Source of the DNA: an uncultured Chloroflexia bacterium | GTDB taxonomy: Bacteria > Chloroflexota > Anaerolineae > JAAYZQ01 | NCBI GenBank assembly: GCA_963700285.1 | Contig: CAVOXA010000009.1 | Span: 160,001 to 224,000, forward strand | Direction: 5' to 3' | DNA length: 64,000 nt | Part shown: positions 51,324 through 60,274 of the stretch, piece after piece | Numbering within the stretch: the stretch's first letter is position 1 | Layout: every line of letters starts with the position of its first letter | Position numbers and translations under genes: made by a program | The notes under the pieces: generated by a model | The model's input: the letters and a program-made list of their open reading frames with translations, nothing else | What the model was told of the DNA's origin: nothing | Databases searched by the model: none

Positions 51324-51716
51324 CTATCTAGCTTCTGTGGCGCGGTCGGCGCTGCCTTCCATGCGCCGCGTTCGCACGATGCGGATTCGGTCGAACACGG
51401 CCAGCAGGATGACGATGCCATTGATCACATAGACAATCGTGAACGCTCGACCGAACTCTGTTTTGGGCACAAAGTCGCCGTAGCCAATGGTGGCCAGGCT
51501 GATGACGCAGAAGTAGAGCGAGTCGAGATAGTTCCAGCCTTCCAGCCAGTGATAGACCAGGGTCCCCAACAGCAGCGTAATCAGCGCCCAGGTCAACACC
51601 GGCCAGGAGTCAGGATCGCGCAGCACGTCTATCAAAAAGAGGCTGCGGATCGGGCGATAGATAGCGAGCTCCTTCTCCACGTGCTTGATGGGTGGCGGCG
51701 CTTCGGTTGGTTCCAC
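51324..51716 (-). CDS. Two-TM potassium channel family protein
   Basis: EGW.YLDSLYF.VISLATIGYGD..PKT..GR; TIGYG filter. Confidence 0.92.
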   Translation of the reverse strand: MEPTEAPPPIKHVEKELAIYRPIRSLFLIDVLRDPDSWPVLTWALITLLLGTLVYHWLEGWNYLDSLYFCVISLATIGYGDFVPKTEFGRAFTIVYVINGIVILLAVFDRIRIVRTRRMEGSADRATEAR

Positions 51717-51749
51717 GGGTTACACCTCCTCGGATTGGGCTCCGATACC

Positions 51750-53023
51750 TTAGTCCGCAGCGGGCCGCTGCTGCAACCATTTCTGGGCAGCCTCCCAGGC
51801 CACATTCTCGGCCGCAAGCACCCGCGCGGTCGCCGGGAAAACGTTTTCGGCTCCGAGTGTGTCCAGCGCACCGCTCTTCTTCAACGCATCCAGCACCGCC
51901 GGGTTGACATCTGCCAGCATCAAAACACTGCCGCCCGCCCTGAGGTCTTGCGAATAGCGTTCCAGCCACTTGATCATGGTGCTGGTGACATGCTGCACGT
52001 CACGCACGATGAGGACAACCACGGCCCTGGATATTCCGGCCGTGGGCGGCATTAGGTCCGCCAGCGCGGGGACTTCTGCAAAGAAATCCAGACCTTGCAC
52101 TACCAAGACTGTGGCCTGGTTGGGTGCCAGCGCTTCCGGCGCCTCGCGCATCTCCCAGCCGCCATCCTCCAGCCGCACAGCTTGCCGTAATGTGAAACTG
52201 CGTGCCGAAGCGCCGACATACAATAGCAACGACAGCAGTGCACCGAGAAATATCGTGTACTGCAACGGAATGAACAAAGCTGAGATCAAGGTCAGGGCAA
52301 GTGCCACGATCGGCCCCCACGCGCCGGTGCGTATCACTAGCCGTGCGCTGGGGACGCGTGCCACAATCAGTTCGATACCGATCACCACCAGCATCCCACC
52401 GATGACGGCCAGTGGCACTTTTTCGGCGGAACTGCCAAACAGAAGCAGGATCAGGCCCAACCACAGGCCGGCAAAGACACCCCCCCCAGCGACTGTTGGC
52501 ACCTGCTCCGACGCTGATACCTGTGCGGGAGAGTGATCCGCCTGTACCCATCGACTGGAAGAAGCTACCCGCCAGGTTGCCCAAACCCTCCCCTAAAAAG
52601 TCGCGCGATTGGCTGGCTTTGCTCCCATCCGGGTTGGGCACTGCTGTACTGATGCCCGCCCCTTGGGCCAATGCCACCAGCGCTACCGATACAGCACCCA
52701 GGGCGAGCTGTGGTATCAGGCTAAAGTTCGGCAGCATGAACGTGGGCAGTCCGTTGGGAATTGTGGCGATGCTGCTCACCAACTCTGTCTGGATACTGAA
52801 CACATTGACAATCACAGTGCCGACAATCAGCACTCAGGATTGTGCCGGTGCTGAGCGAGGCCACGATCGTGGCGACGATGCCAGAATACATGCCGTAGAT
52901 CGGATTTGCCCCGGCCAGCTGGGCGTAGGCCATACCTTCCGGAATGCTGAACAGACCGGTGGCCAACCCTGAGATGATATTCGGAACGAAACCTGAACGT
53001 TTAGACTTTGTTTCCGTGGTCAC
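51750..53023 (-). pseudogene. SulP/STAS anion transporter with large internal deletion and frameshifts
   Basis: N-terminal IPEGMAYAQLAG.NPIYGMY jumps at ~52834 to mid-protein sequence; only ~424 codons versus 571 aa for the neighbouring SulP; a second shift in a G-run near 52485. Confidence 0.75.
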
Positions 53024-53039
53024 TGTCTCTCCTCGCGAT

Positions 53040-54515
53040 TCATATGCCTGTCTCAGCATTGACCCTATGATTCTCCACGGCAGCAACAAGCGCCTGGTAA
53101 TCGCGCTCATTCTGGTCCGCGTAGGCAACTGCAAACTCGGCCAGTGCCATATCGATGGCATCACGCTTCCCCAGGTAAGCGCCTATGGCGAAGCGGTCGC
53201 CAGTGCGGGCGTGGGCGCGGGCCAGCGTCCAGCCGCACATTTTCCCGAAAACCATCATCTCGTCAGGCTTCATGAGCTCGACATCCACTGAGATTTTCCA
53301 GTCCCATAGCTGCCGGATGTAAAAATCGTGGGGCTTGCCATCGAGCCCGGCTGGCGTCCGTTCCCAGCCCAGGAATATATCGCTCGATGCCTGCATCAGC
53401 CGTTGCCCCTCGATCACACGCTGGCCATGTTCTGCATAGACGGACTTGGTCAGGTAGGGCTCCAACACCGAGGCCTGGGCTTCCTTGACCTGAAGGAAAA
53501 GGGGATCGCGGTCATCGCGCCCCAACAGGAGCAAGATCCAAGTGAGGGTCCCAACGCTGCCAACGCCGACGACCTTGCGGGAAATATGAACGTAATGGAA
53601 GCTGTCCAGCAGGCGACGGTGGTCCGGTTGCAGGCTTGACCGGTAGTCGCGGATGAGCCCGCGCATTGTCTCCTCAAACTCATCCTGCTCCGCATCTGGC
53701 AGGAGGTCTTCAACCGGCACGACCAACGGTGGATTCGCAGCAATACGCAGTTGGCCATTGACCCGGGTGGTGAGTTTCTCAAAGGCGCGCAGATTGTCCC
53801 GGTGGGAAGCGTGAGCAAAGTCTGCATTCAGCGTCTTCATGACCTTGGGCTTTGCCGACGTTCCCCAGCGTGCCTGAATCGCCTCTGGGGTTAGGTACAG
53901 GTACCACAGGTCGAGATTACCCATCTCGGCGAATTCGCGCATGGCGCGGTGGTATTCGCCCACAGTCGCCAGCACCAGTCTGCGACGCGTCTTGGCCTTG
54001 AAACCGCTTTCACGGCCGGCAATCTCGAGGCTGGCTGCCAGGCGCTTCAAGTCCCATTCCCAGGGTCCGGGCAGCGTCTCATCAAAGTCGCTGATATCAA
54101 GAATCAGCTCCCGTTCCGGCGAGGCGAACCCGCCAAAGTTTGCCACGTGCGCGTCGCCGCACAGTTGTACATGCAGCCCCGTATTCGGCATCGTCGCCAG
54201 GTCAGAAGCCATGATCGCTGCTGCGCCACGGTAGAAAGCAAAGGGTGAGGCTAGCATGCGACCGTACCGTATTGGCACCAAGTTCGGTAGGCGCGTTGCC
54301 GCTTGCGCTTCCAGCAGGTCGATGGGATCCGGTCGATTCGCCGGTGGATACCAGGCAGCGTGGTCAGCGCAGGGAACTTTCGAACGTGCCGCCTTTCCAG
54401 TCGCTATCCGCTCAGCACGCGTTTCATGGCGAACGGCGCCCATCCCTGTTGGCGAGCCCAAAGGACTAGGCCCTAGGTTGGTCCTGGAGGATACTGCCTC
54501 CGGCTCTTGTACCAT
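53040..54515 (-). CDS. DUF2252-family protein (kinase-like motifs)
   Basis: RYGRML.SPFAFYRGAA..MA.DL, QLCGDAH..NFG, DFDET..GPWEWDLKRL, KVVGVGSVG, LQVKEA, YIRQL.DWK. Confidence 0.93.
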   Translation of the reverse strand: MVQEPEAVSSRTNLGPSPLGSPTGMGAVRHETRAERIATGKAARSKVPCADHAAWYPPANRPDPIDLLEAQAATRLPNLVPIRYGRMLASPFAFYRGAAAIMASDLATMPNTGLHVQLCGDAHVANFGGFASPERELILDISDFDETLPGPWEWDLKRLAASLEIAGRESGFKAKTRRRLVLATVGEYHRAMREFAEMGNLDLWYLYLTPEAIQARWGTSAKPKVMKTLNADFAHASHRDNLRAFEKLTTRVNGQLRIAANPPLVVPVEDLLPDAEQDEFEETMRGLIRDYRSSLQPDHRRLLDSFHYVHISRKVVGVGSVGTLTWILLLLGRDDRDPLFLQVKEAQASVLEPYLTKSVYAEHGQRVIEGQRLMQASSDIFLGWERTPAGLDGKPHDFYIRQLWDWKISVDVELMKPDEMMVFGKMCGWTLARAHARTGDRFAIGAYLGKRDAIDMALAEFAVAYADQNERDYQALVAAVENHRVNAETGI

Positions 54516-54530
54516 TGCTGTAGACTCCTG

Positions 54531-54568
54531 ATTGGGGTGGGATGCGCCGCATCCACACCCACCCCAAT
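54531..54568. terminator. Intergenic hairpin between SulP and DUF2252
   Basis: ATTGGGGTGGG...CCCACCCCAAT with inner GGATGC/GCATCC; no U-tract. Confidence 0.45.
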
Positions 54569-54577
54569 GTGGCCGGG

Positions 54578-56293
54578 CTATGATTGATTGTCTGCGATCG
54601 CTGCGCGATAGGCAGCTTCTACGTCGCTGAGCGTCTCAAAGTAGGCATCTTGCCCAACCAGGTCGGTTACCTCAGACTGGTCCAGCTCGCCGCGGACGTC
54701 TTCTGTGATCTCGGCAAGAACCAGCCGGATGCCCTTCTCCTGCAACGTCTTGTAGGTCTCTCGCAGTGTAGCGGCCGCTGAAAAGTCGATCTCATCCACA
54801 GCAGTCGCATCAAGGCAGAACCAGGATAGGGGTGGCTGTGCGCTGTCCACCAGCTCGAGCACCTCCTCCGAGAAGTGTTCTGCGTTGGCATAGTACATGC
54901 TATGTTGGAAGCGATAGATCATCAGGCCTGGGATAACCTGGGCATGGCTGCTGACCGGAGCCAAGTGCTGTGTTCCGGAAGGATCGACTGTCAGCACGGC
55001 GTTCTTGGGCTTGTATCCATGCCGGGTATGGATCAGTATAGAGAGCACGATGGCCAGCAGGATACCCTGCTCGACGCCGACAAAGATCACTACCAGGGCC
55101 GTGATCAATGCGACCCAGAATTCAACCGGGCGCTGGGCATAGATCTTGCGCATCCCCAAGGTGTCGACCAGCTCAATCCCGATCAGGAAAACGACCGAGG
55201 AGAGCACTGCTTCCGGCATGTAAGCCAGGGGTTTGGTCAAGAAGAGCAATACGATTACGACGATGACGGAGGTGGTTAGCGTAGCCAGCTGGCTGCGCCC
55301 ACCTGCGCTGTCGACCATCTGAGTCTTGGTCGGGCTGCCGTTCACTACGAACGTGCCGCTGAACCCCGCACCGATATTGGCCAGACCCAGCCCTACCAGA
55401 TCAACGTTCTCACTAAACTTCTCGCTATAGCGGGTGGCATACGCCCGTGAGGTGGCTGCACTCTGCGCCAGGATGACGATGAACATCGAGAAAGCAGTCC
55501 CAAGGAGCAAAGAGATGGTGCTCGGGTTCAAGGTTGCACCCGAGGGAAGGCCGATTTTCGGCAGGCCACCGGGGACAGTACCCAGCACGGCGACACCATA
55601 GGATGAAAGATTCAACAGGTAGCTCACCACGATGGCGCCGACGACGGCTATCAAGGGGCCGGGGATCTTTTTATTGATCCTCCTGGCGCCCACGATGATC
55701 CCCAGCACTGCGATCGATACGGCCAGCGTATAAGGGTTGGTCTGGCCAAGCTGCTGGAAGTCGGTGATGAGGTTTTGTACCGGACCAGCCCCGCCGCCAG
55801 GGATGCCCAACATTCCCGATATCTGTCCAACCGCCACCTGGATGCCAACGCCGGTCAGGAAGCCGATCAACACCGTGCGGGAAAGAAAATCGGCCAAGAA
55901 CCCCAGCTTGATCAGGCGGGCAAGGATCAGAAGACCTGCTGCCATAAGCGCCAGTATTCCAGCGTAGGCGACATACTCCGGCGATGCGGCAGTAGCCAGC
56001 CCGGCCAAGCCGGCGGCCATGATGGCTGCTGTAGCCGAATCTGCACCTACAACCAGGTGTCTTGATGAGCCAAAGAGCGCAAATAAGGCTGTCGGGATCA
56101 AGATGGTGTAGAGACCGGTGACCACGGGCATGCCAGCGATCTTGGTATAACCCATCACCTCCGGTATCGCCAGAGCGGCCAGAGTGATGCCGGCAATAAT
56201 ATCAATGGAGATCCGCGATCGATCAATCGGCAGGATGCCAGCCATGAAATTTAGACTGCGCTCTGCTTTTTTCTGTGCAGGAATTGTTATCAT
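54578..56293 (-). CDS. SulP-family inorganic anion transporter with STAS domain
   Basis: AGITLAALAIPEVMGY, GSSRHLVVGADSA, NGSPTKT, STAS YYANA..IDFSA. Confidence 0.95.
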   Translation of the reverse strand: MITIPAQKKAERSLNFMAGILPIDRSRISIDIIAGITLAALAIPEVMGYTKIAGMPVVTGLYTILIPTALFALFGSSRHLVVGADSATAAIMAAGLAGLATAASPEYVAYAGILALMAAGLLILARLIKLGFLADFLSRTVLIGFLTGVGIQVAVGQISGMLGIPGGGAGPVQNLITDFQQLGQTNPYTLAVSIAVLGIIVGARRINKKIPGPLIAVVGAIVVSYLLNLSSYGVAVLGTVPGGLPKIGLPSGATLNPSTISLLLGTAFSMFIVILAQSAATSRAYATRYSEKFSENVDLVGLGLANIGAGFSGTFVVNGSPTKTQMVDSAGGRSQLATLTTSVIVVIVLLFLTKPLAYMPEAVLSSVVFLIGIELVDTLGMRKIYAQRPVEFWVALITALVVIFVGVEQGILLAIVLSILIHTRHGYKPKNAVLTVDPSGTQHLAPVSSHAQVIPGLMIYRFQHSMYYANAEHFSEEVLELVDSAQPPLSWFCLDATAVDEIDFSAAATLRETYKTLQEKGIRLVLAEITEDVRGELDQSEVTDLVGQDAYFETLSDVEAAYRAAIADNQS

Positions 56294-56425
56294 GGTTTGC
56301 TCCTCACTTACTAATCGGTGTGCTTTGAAGACCGAACGCCGCTAAAGGCATTGGTGCCGATGCCGGATTCGGCGAAAGCATCCTGAAGGGCCGCATCGCT
56401 TGCAGGCAGCCAGATCCCCGAAGGC

Positions 56426-56740
56426 TCAGTTGGCCAGGAGTTTTTGCTTGGCAGCGGCAAACTCTTTGTCGCTCAGTTCGCCTGACTCGTGTAGCTCGGC
56501 GAGCTGCTGAAGCTGGGCCGTCAGATCTGGCGCAGGAGCTTGCTCAACCGGGGCAGTGTCCTGCTCAGCCTCGTCCTCGTAGTACTCTTCTTCCTGCATT
56601 GGCTGTTCTTCGGCGTCTTGCTGCGCCCACTTTTTATCCTGGTGGTGGTGCACCGCGCCGGCGGTGCCCGCCATGACCGCCGTTCCAACGGCAACTCGAG
56701 CTACACGCCTTCTTCTCATCATTCTTCTGGCTCTGGGCAT
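56426..56740 (-). CDS. SHOCT-domain protein with Arg-rich N-terminus
   Basis: MPRARRMMRRRR..TAVMAGTA; C-terminal QLQQLAELHESGELSDKEFAAAKQKLL. Confidence 0.9.
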   Translation of the reverse strand: MPRARRMMRRRRVARVAVGTAVMAGTAGAVHHHQDKKWAQQDAEEQPMQEEEYYEDEAEQDTAPVEQAPAPDLTAQLQQLAELHESGELSDKEFAAAKQKLLAN

Positions 56741-56772
56741 AGTAACCTCCTGATCGTTTTTAGGTTAGGGTC

Positions 56773-57213
56773 TCAACCCCCGGATGACTCGGCCTCGGCA
56801 AAGATCTCCAGCGTTTCATTGATGACCTCGAAGGGGATCCGTTCGTGCATTACCAGCCGGCCACTGGCACGGACGACAGCTTCTGCGAACTTGATCGCCC
56901 ACAGGTTTTCGATCAGCAGCACCGCCGCGGTGGTATTGTTCTCCATTTCCTCGGCGATCATGGCGATATCTTCAACCTGGACGATGCCACTGATTTCCAC
57001 TTCCAGCGGATCAAAGATAGTCAAAAGACCGGGATCAATCTCCTCCATTTCGAGCGCCTTGTGATGCCCACCCTGATCCTTCTGGATGATCACAAGATCG
57101 ACCACCCGTACGATCTTGTTTTGAACCAGCTCGAGCAACTCACCGATGATCTCACCTTTGAGTTGGTCGGTCTGGAACTCGAGCGCGATCAAGTCGATTG
57201 GACCATAAGACAT
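56773..57213 (-). CDS. DUF6325 (DUF1269-related) family protein
   Basis: MSYGPIDLIALEF, IVRVVDLVIIQKD, AAVLLIENLWA..FAEAV..SG...RIP. Confidence 0.85.
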   Translation of the reverse strand: MSYGPIDLIALEFQTDQLKGEIIGELLELVQNKIVRVVDLVIIQKDQGGHHKALEMEEIDPGLLTIFDPLEVEISGIVQVEDIAMIAEEMENNTTAAVLLIENLWAIKFAEAVVRASGRLVMHERIPFEVINETLEIFAEAESSGG

Positions 57214-57298
57214 TGGATTTCTCCTTTCCATACTTGATAGATCTCCGGTCACACAAGTTTTCGAGGTTCTGGTGTGTGTAAGGAAGCAAATACCCGGT

Positions 57299-58591
57299 TC
57301 AACCCCCGTGCTCAGGTGCAGCAGCTTGTTGCCCTGCTTTCCCTGCTGACGCCCTTTTTTCTTTGCTTCCAAACAGGCCTTGAACGATGGCGCGAGCGAC
57401 CAATGCCGCCAGGATGACTGGCAGGGCGTTGGTTGGCGACATGCCGATAACGATTATGCCGATTACCACCAGCGCCAGCGGAATAGGCACAATGGCAGCG
57501 GGCACTGCCACTATCATGCAGCCGAAGGTCAAACCCGGCGGAAGTTGGGGAAAGAGAAGGTTGATGGCTGCCCCCAGGGCTGAGCCGACAAACAGGAGCG
57601 GGAAGATCGGGCCGCCGATGAAACCGAAGGACAGTGCCCCGCTCAAGGCCAGCAACTTGGCCAGAGCAAACACAAGAAGGAGGGCTACCCCGATTTCTGA
57701 CGCCTGTTGGTATACGTCAACCATTCCATTGGTGCCCAGACCAATCGTAATGGGCAGGGCGACGGCCAGCAAGCCCAGCAGAAACCCTCCCAGCGTACCG
57801 CGTATGATCGGTTGACGGTTGAGCGGCGCCACCAGGCGGCCGAGAATCTTGTTCAATACCGGAAAGAGTAGGCTCACAGGAACAGCGAGGATGCCCAACA
57901 CAATACCCACTCCCAGGTGCCACAGCTTCAGATCGTAGGCAGGTGGCGACAAAAGGCCCAGTAACGGTGAGAAGGTGTCTCCACCAAGAAAGTAAAAGAG
58001 GCCAAACCCCATCGCCGCCGCCAGTCCGGTGATCAACAGAACTCCAACGTAGGCTGGAGATTGGATGTGGTTCGATTCCAGCAGCATCAGCAGCATCGCA
58101 AACGGTGATGAAAACAGGCCGGCGTAGGCGCCCGAAACACTACTAAGGACATTAATTCGGGTGCCTTCGGCATCCATCTTGCGCCGCTTGGAGATCCAGG
58201 ATCCCAGGCCTGCGGCCAGCATACCGGAGGGCACTTCGGGGCCAAGGCTGAAACCACCGATTAGCGATACCAGTGATGCCAGCAGTGATGCTGGTACCGG
58301 CTTTGGGTCCATATACCCTTCATCCACCGCAGTAAATACATCCAGTTCGCTGGCTGATGTAAAGTGATGGATTAAACCTACCAGAAACCCGGCCACCGTC
58401 ATGATGACAACCATCACCCAAGGTCCGGAAAAGGGAGTCCAGTCTGTGATGCCGGGCGAGATTAGACTTTGGCCCAGGTTCATAAGGCCGAGGAAGATGA
58501 ACGCCCCTATCGCACTGAGCAAGCCAACCAGTAGGCCCCAGCACAGACGCTGCCAATAAGCTCTTGATCTTAAACTGAAGTCTTCTGACAT
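57299..58591 (-). CDS. ClC-family chloride channel-like protein (YfeO-like)
   Basis: GG.SLGPEVP, AGLFSSP, KLLA....GFIGGPIFP..F.G; about 11 TM segments. Confidence 0.88.
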   Translation of the reverse strand: MSEDFSLRSRAYWQRLCWGLLVGLLSAIGAFIFLGLMNLGQSLISPGITDWTPFSGPWVMVVIMTVAGFLVGLIHHFTSASELDVFTAVDEGYMDPKPVPASLLASLVSLIGGFSLGPEVPSGMLAAGLGSWISKRRKMDAEGTRINVLSSVSGAYAGLFSSPFAMLLMLLESNHIQSPAYVGVLLITGLAAAMGFGLFYFLGGDTFSPLLGLLSPPAYDLKLWHLGVGIVLGILAVPVSLLFPVLNKILGRLVAPLNRQPIIRGTLGGFLLGLLAVALPITIGLGTNGMVDVYQQASEIGVALLLVFALAKLLALSGALSFGFIGGPIFPLLFVGSALGAAINLLFPQLPPGLTFGCMIVAVPAAIVPIPLALVVIGIIVIGMSPTNALPVILAALVARAIVQGLFGSKEKRASAGKAGQQAAAPEHGG

Positions 58592-58778
58592 AATCCCATC
58601 TCCTCCACGGGGCCGCCCTCGTTCTCGATCCAGGAATCATCGCCGATGCTTCACCTTCTGGCGCATCTGATAGCGGTTGCCCCCGCCCCCCCGGTCGCCC
58701 GAGTTACCGACCGTCCCTCCGTTCTTCTCGTCTCCCTTGTCCCATGTCTATTTCCTATCTACCGATTCCGCTTCGCAC

Positions 58779-59180
58779 CTATTCTTCTTTCAATGCACCG
58801 GGAACCTGACCGCAGGCTGCAGCGTGCCGCGCACGGCTCTGCCGGATGGCAGCCATCAGGTCGCTCGGCGTGTCGCCGGACACGACAAAGGCATCGGCGC
58901 CGGCAGCCAGGGCCTCTTGCCGGGCGCCTTCGTCGCGGCCAAGCACGATGACTTGGGGCGAGGGCCTGGGGCGCTTGATCTCGGCCAGCAGAGGGATGGG
59001 GGCGTAGCCCGGTAGATCCCAATCGAGGAGGACCAGATCCGGGTACGCGGTCCGCAGCAGCGCCCGCAGGCTTGCCGCTTCGGTTACCGTGCCGACCACG
59101 AACAGGCCGGGCTCAGCGTCAAGGTACAACTGCAGTGCCAGCTGTAGATCGCGGTGTTGAGCGGCCAAAACTACTTGCAT
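58779..59180 (-). CDS. Stand-alone receiver-domain response regulator
   Basis: PDLVLLDWDLPG, ALAAGADAFV; no output domain; the acidic pocket and conserved Lys look degenerate (AAQH, FVVS). Confidence 0.8.
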   Translation of the reverse strand: MQVVLAAQHRDLQLALQLYLDAEPGLFVVGTVTEAASLRALLRTAYPDLVLLDWDLPGYAPIPLLAEIKRPRPSPQVIVLGRDEGARQEALAAGADAFVVSGDTPSDLMAAIRQSRARHAAACGQVPGALKEE

Positions 59181-59443
59181 GCGGGGCACCTTTCTTCTCA
59201 GACCCAATCCCCAGATCTGGAGTATACTGAGGTTGTCACCGGTTGTGGCCGAACGCGCAAGGCCGCGCGGTGCCCTCTTGGACCAGGACCGACAATCCTC
59301 TAACCCCAGTGTACGGGCAATGACCGGCCGAGACAACGGTCATTGCTCATATCTTGACCTGGATACCCGTCATATCTTTGATGCGGACACCTGTCCGGGC
59401 AGGACAAGTACATATGTACAGGTATGGGCGTCTGGGGATGGGA

Positions 59444-59537
59444 AGAACGAGGATGGAGGATGGACAAACGACGAAGGACGATGGATGACCGGACCAACCT
59501 TGGGCGGTTATCGTCTATCGACCTTCGTCAATCGTCC
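59444..59537. repeat. Heptamer-based (GACGA[AT]G) imperfect inverted repeat, copy 1
   Basis: GACGAAGGACGATGGATGAC ... ATCGTCTATCGACCTTCGTC; overlaps the regulator stop codon. Confidence 0.65.
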
Positions 59538-60181
59538 CTGGGAACTAGCTTGTGCTGCAAAGCCAGGGTGGCAGCTTCGGTGCGGTTTTTTACCCCCAGC
59601 TTGGAGAGGATGCTGCTAACGTGCATCCGGACGGTGAGATGGCTCAAGGTTAGCGCTTCGCCGATCCCTTTGTTGGTCTTGCCGGCGACCAGCAGCGTGA
59701 GGATCTCTCGCTCACGGGGGGTCAGGTCCGTACCCAGGGGGAGCGACTGCCGGGCTGCCGCAGCAAGGACCCTGGCGGCGGCCGAGTCGATGGTCGGCTG
59801 CCCCCGATGCGCCGCCCGGATGGCCTCGGCCAGCTTGCCGGGATTGACGTCCTTGAGCATATAGCTGACCGCCCCGGCTTGAATGGCCCGCCGGATCAGG
59901 TCTTCCTCGACGAAGCTGGTTAGGGCGATCACCTGGACCTGAGGGTGGGCCTCACGCATGCGTGCTGTGGCTGTTGGGCCATCCAGCGTGGGCATAAGCA
60001 GATCCATCAGGACCACGTCCGGCCGGGCCTCGGCACACAGTTCGATGGCTTGGGCGCCGTCCTCTGCCTCGGCGACCACTTCAAGGTCATCATAATTCGA
60101 CAGAAACACCCTCAGCCCATCCCGGACCATCAGGTGATCATCCACGATCATGACGCGAATGGGAGTTGGTTCACTCATCAT
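59528..60181 (-). CDS. NarL/LuxR-family response regulator
   Basis: VDDH, PDVVLMD, LTSF, YMLKD, LTPREREIL..G.TNK.I...HVSSIL.KLGV.NRTEA. Confidence 0.96.
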   Translation of the reverse strand: MMSEPTPIRVMIVDDHLMVRDGLRVFLSNYDDLEVVAEAEDGAQAIELCAEARPDVVLMDLLMPTLDGPTATARMREAHPQVQVIALTSFVEEDLIRRAIQAGAVSYMLKDVNPGKLAEAIRAAHRGQPTIDSAAARVLAAAARQSLPLGTDLTPREREILTLLVAGKTNKGIGEALTLSHLTVRMHVSSILSKLGVKNRTEAATLALQHKLVPRDD

Positions 60182-60197
60182 GGATCCTCTTTAAGAT

Positions 60198-60274
60198 GAC
60201 GAATGACGACGATGGACGAAGGATCAAAGTGTCAGTTCATCTGCCTTTCGTCTTTGGTCGTTTGTCCTTCGTCT
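60198..60274. repeat. Heptamer-based imperfect inverted repeat, copy 2
   Basis: GACGAATGACGACGATGGACGAAG ... CTTTCGTCTTTGGTCGTTTGTCCTTCGTC; overlaps the kinase 3' end. Confidence 0.65.

Noticed and set aside
57299-58780. Fluoride exporter CLC-F with fluoride riboswitch
   Set aside because: Lacks the GNNLI, GREGT and GEVTP signatures; the upstream GGCGATG is not followed by the riboswitch pairing.
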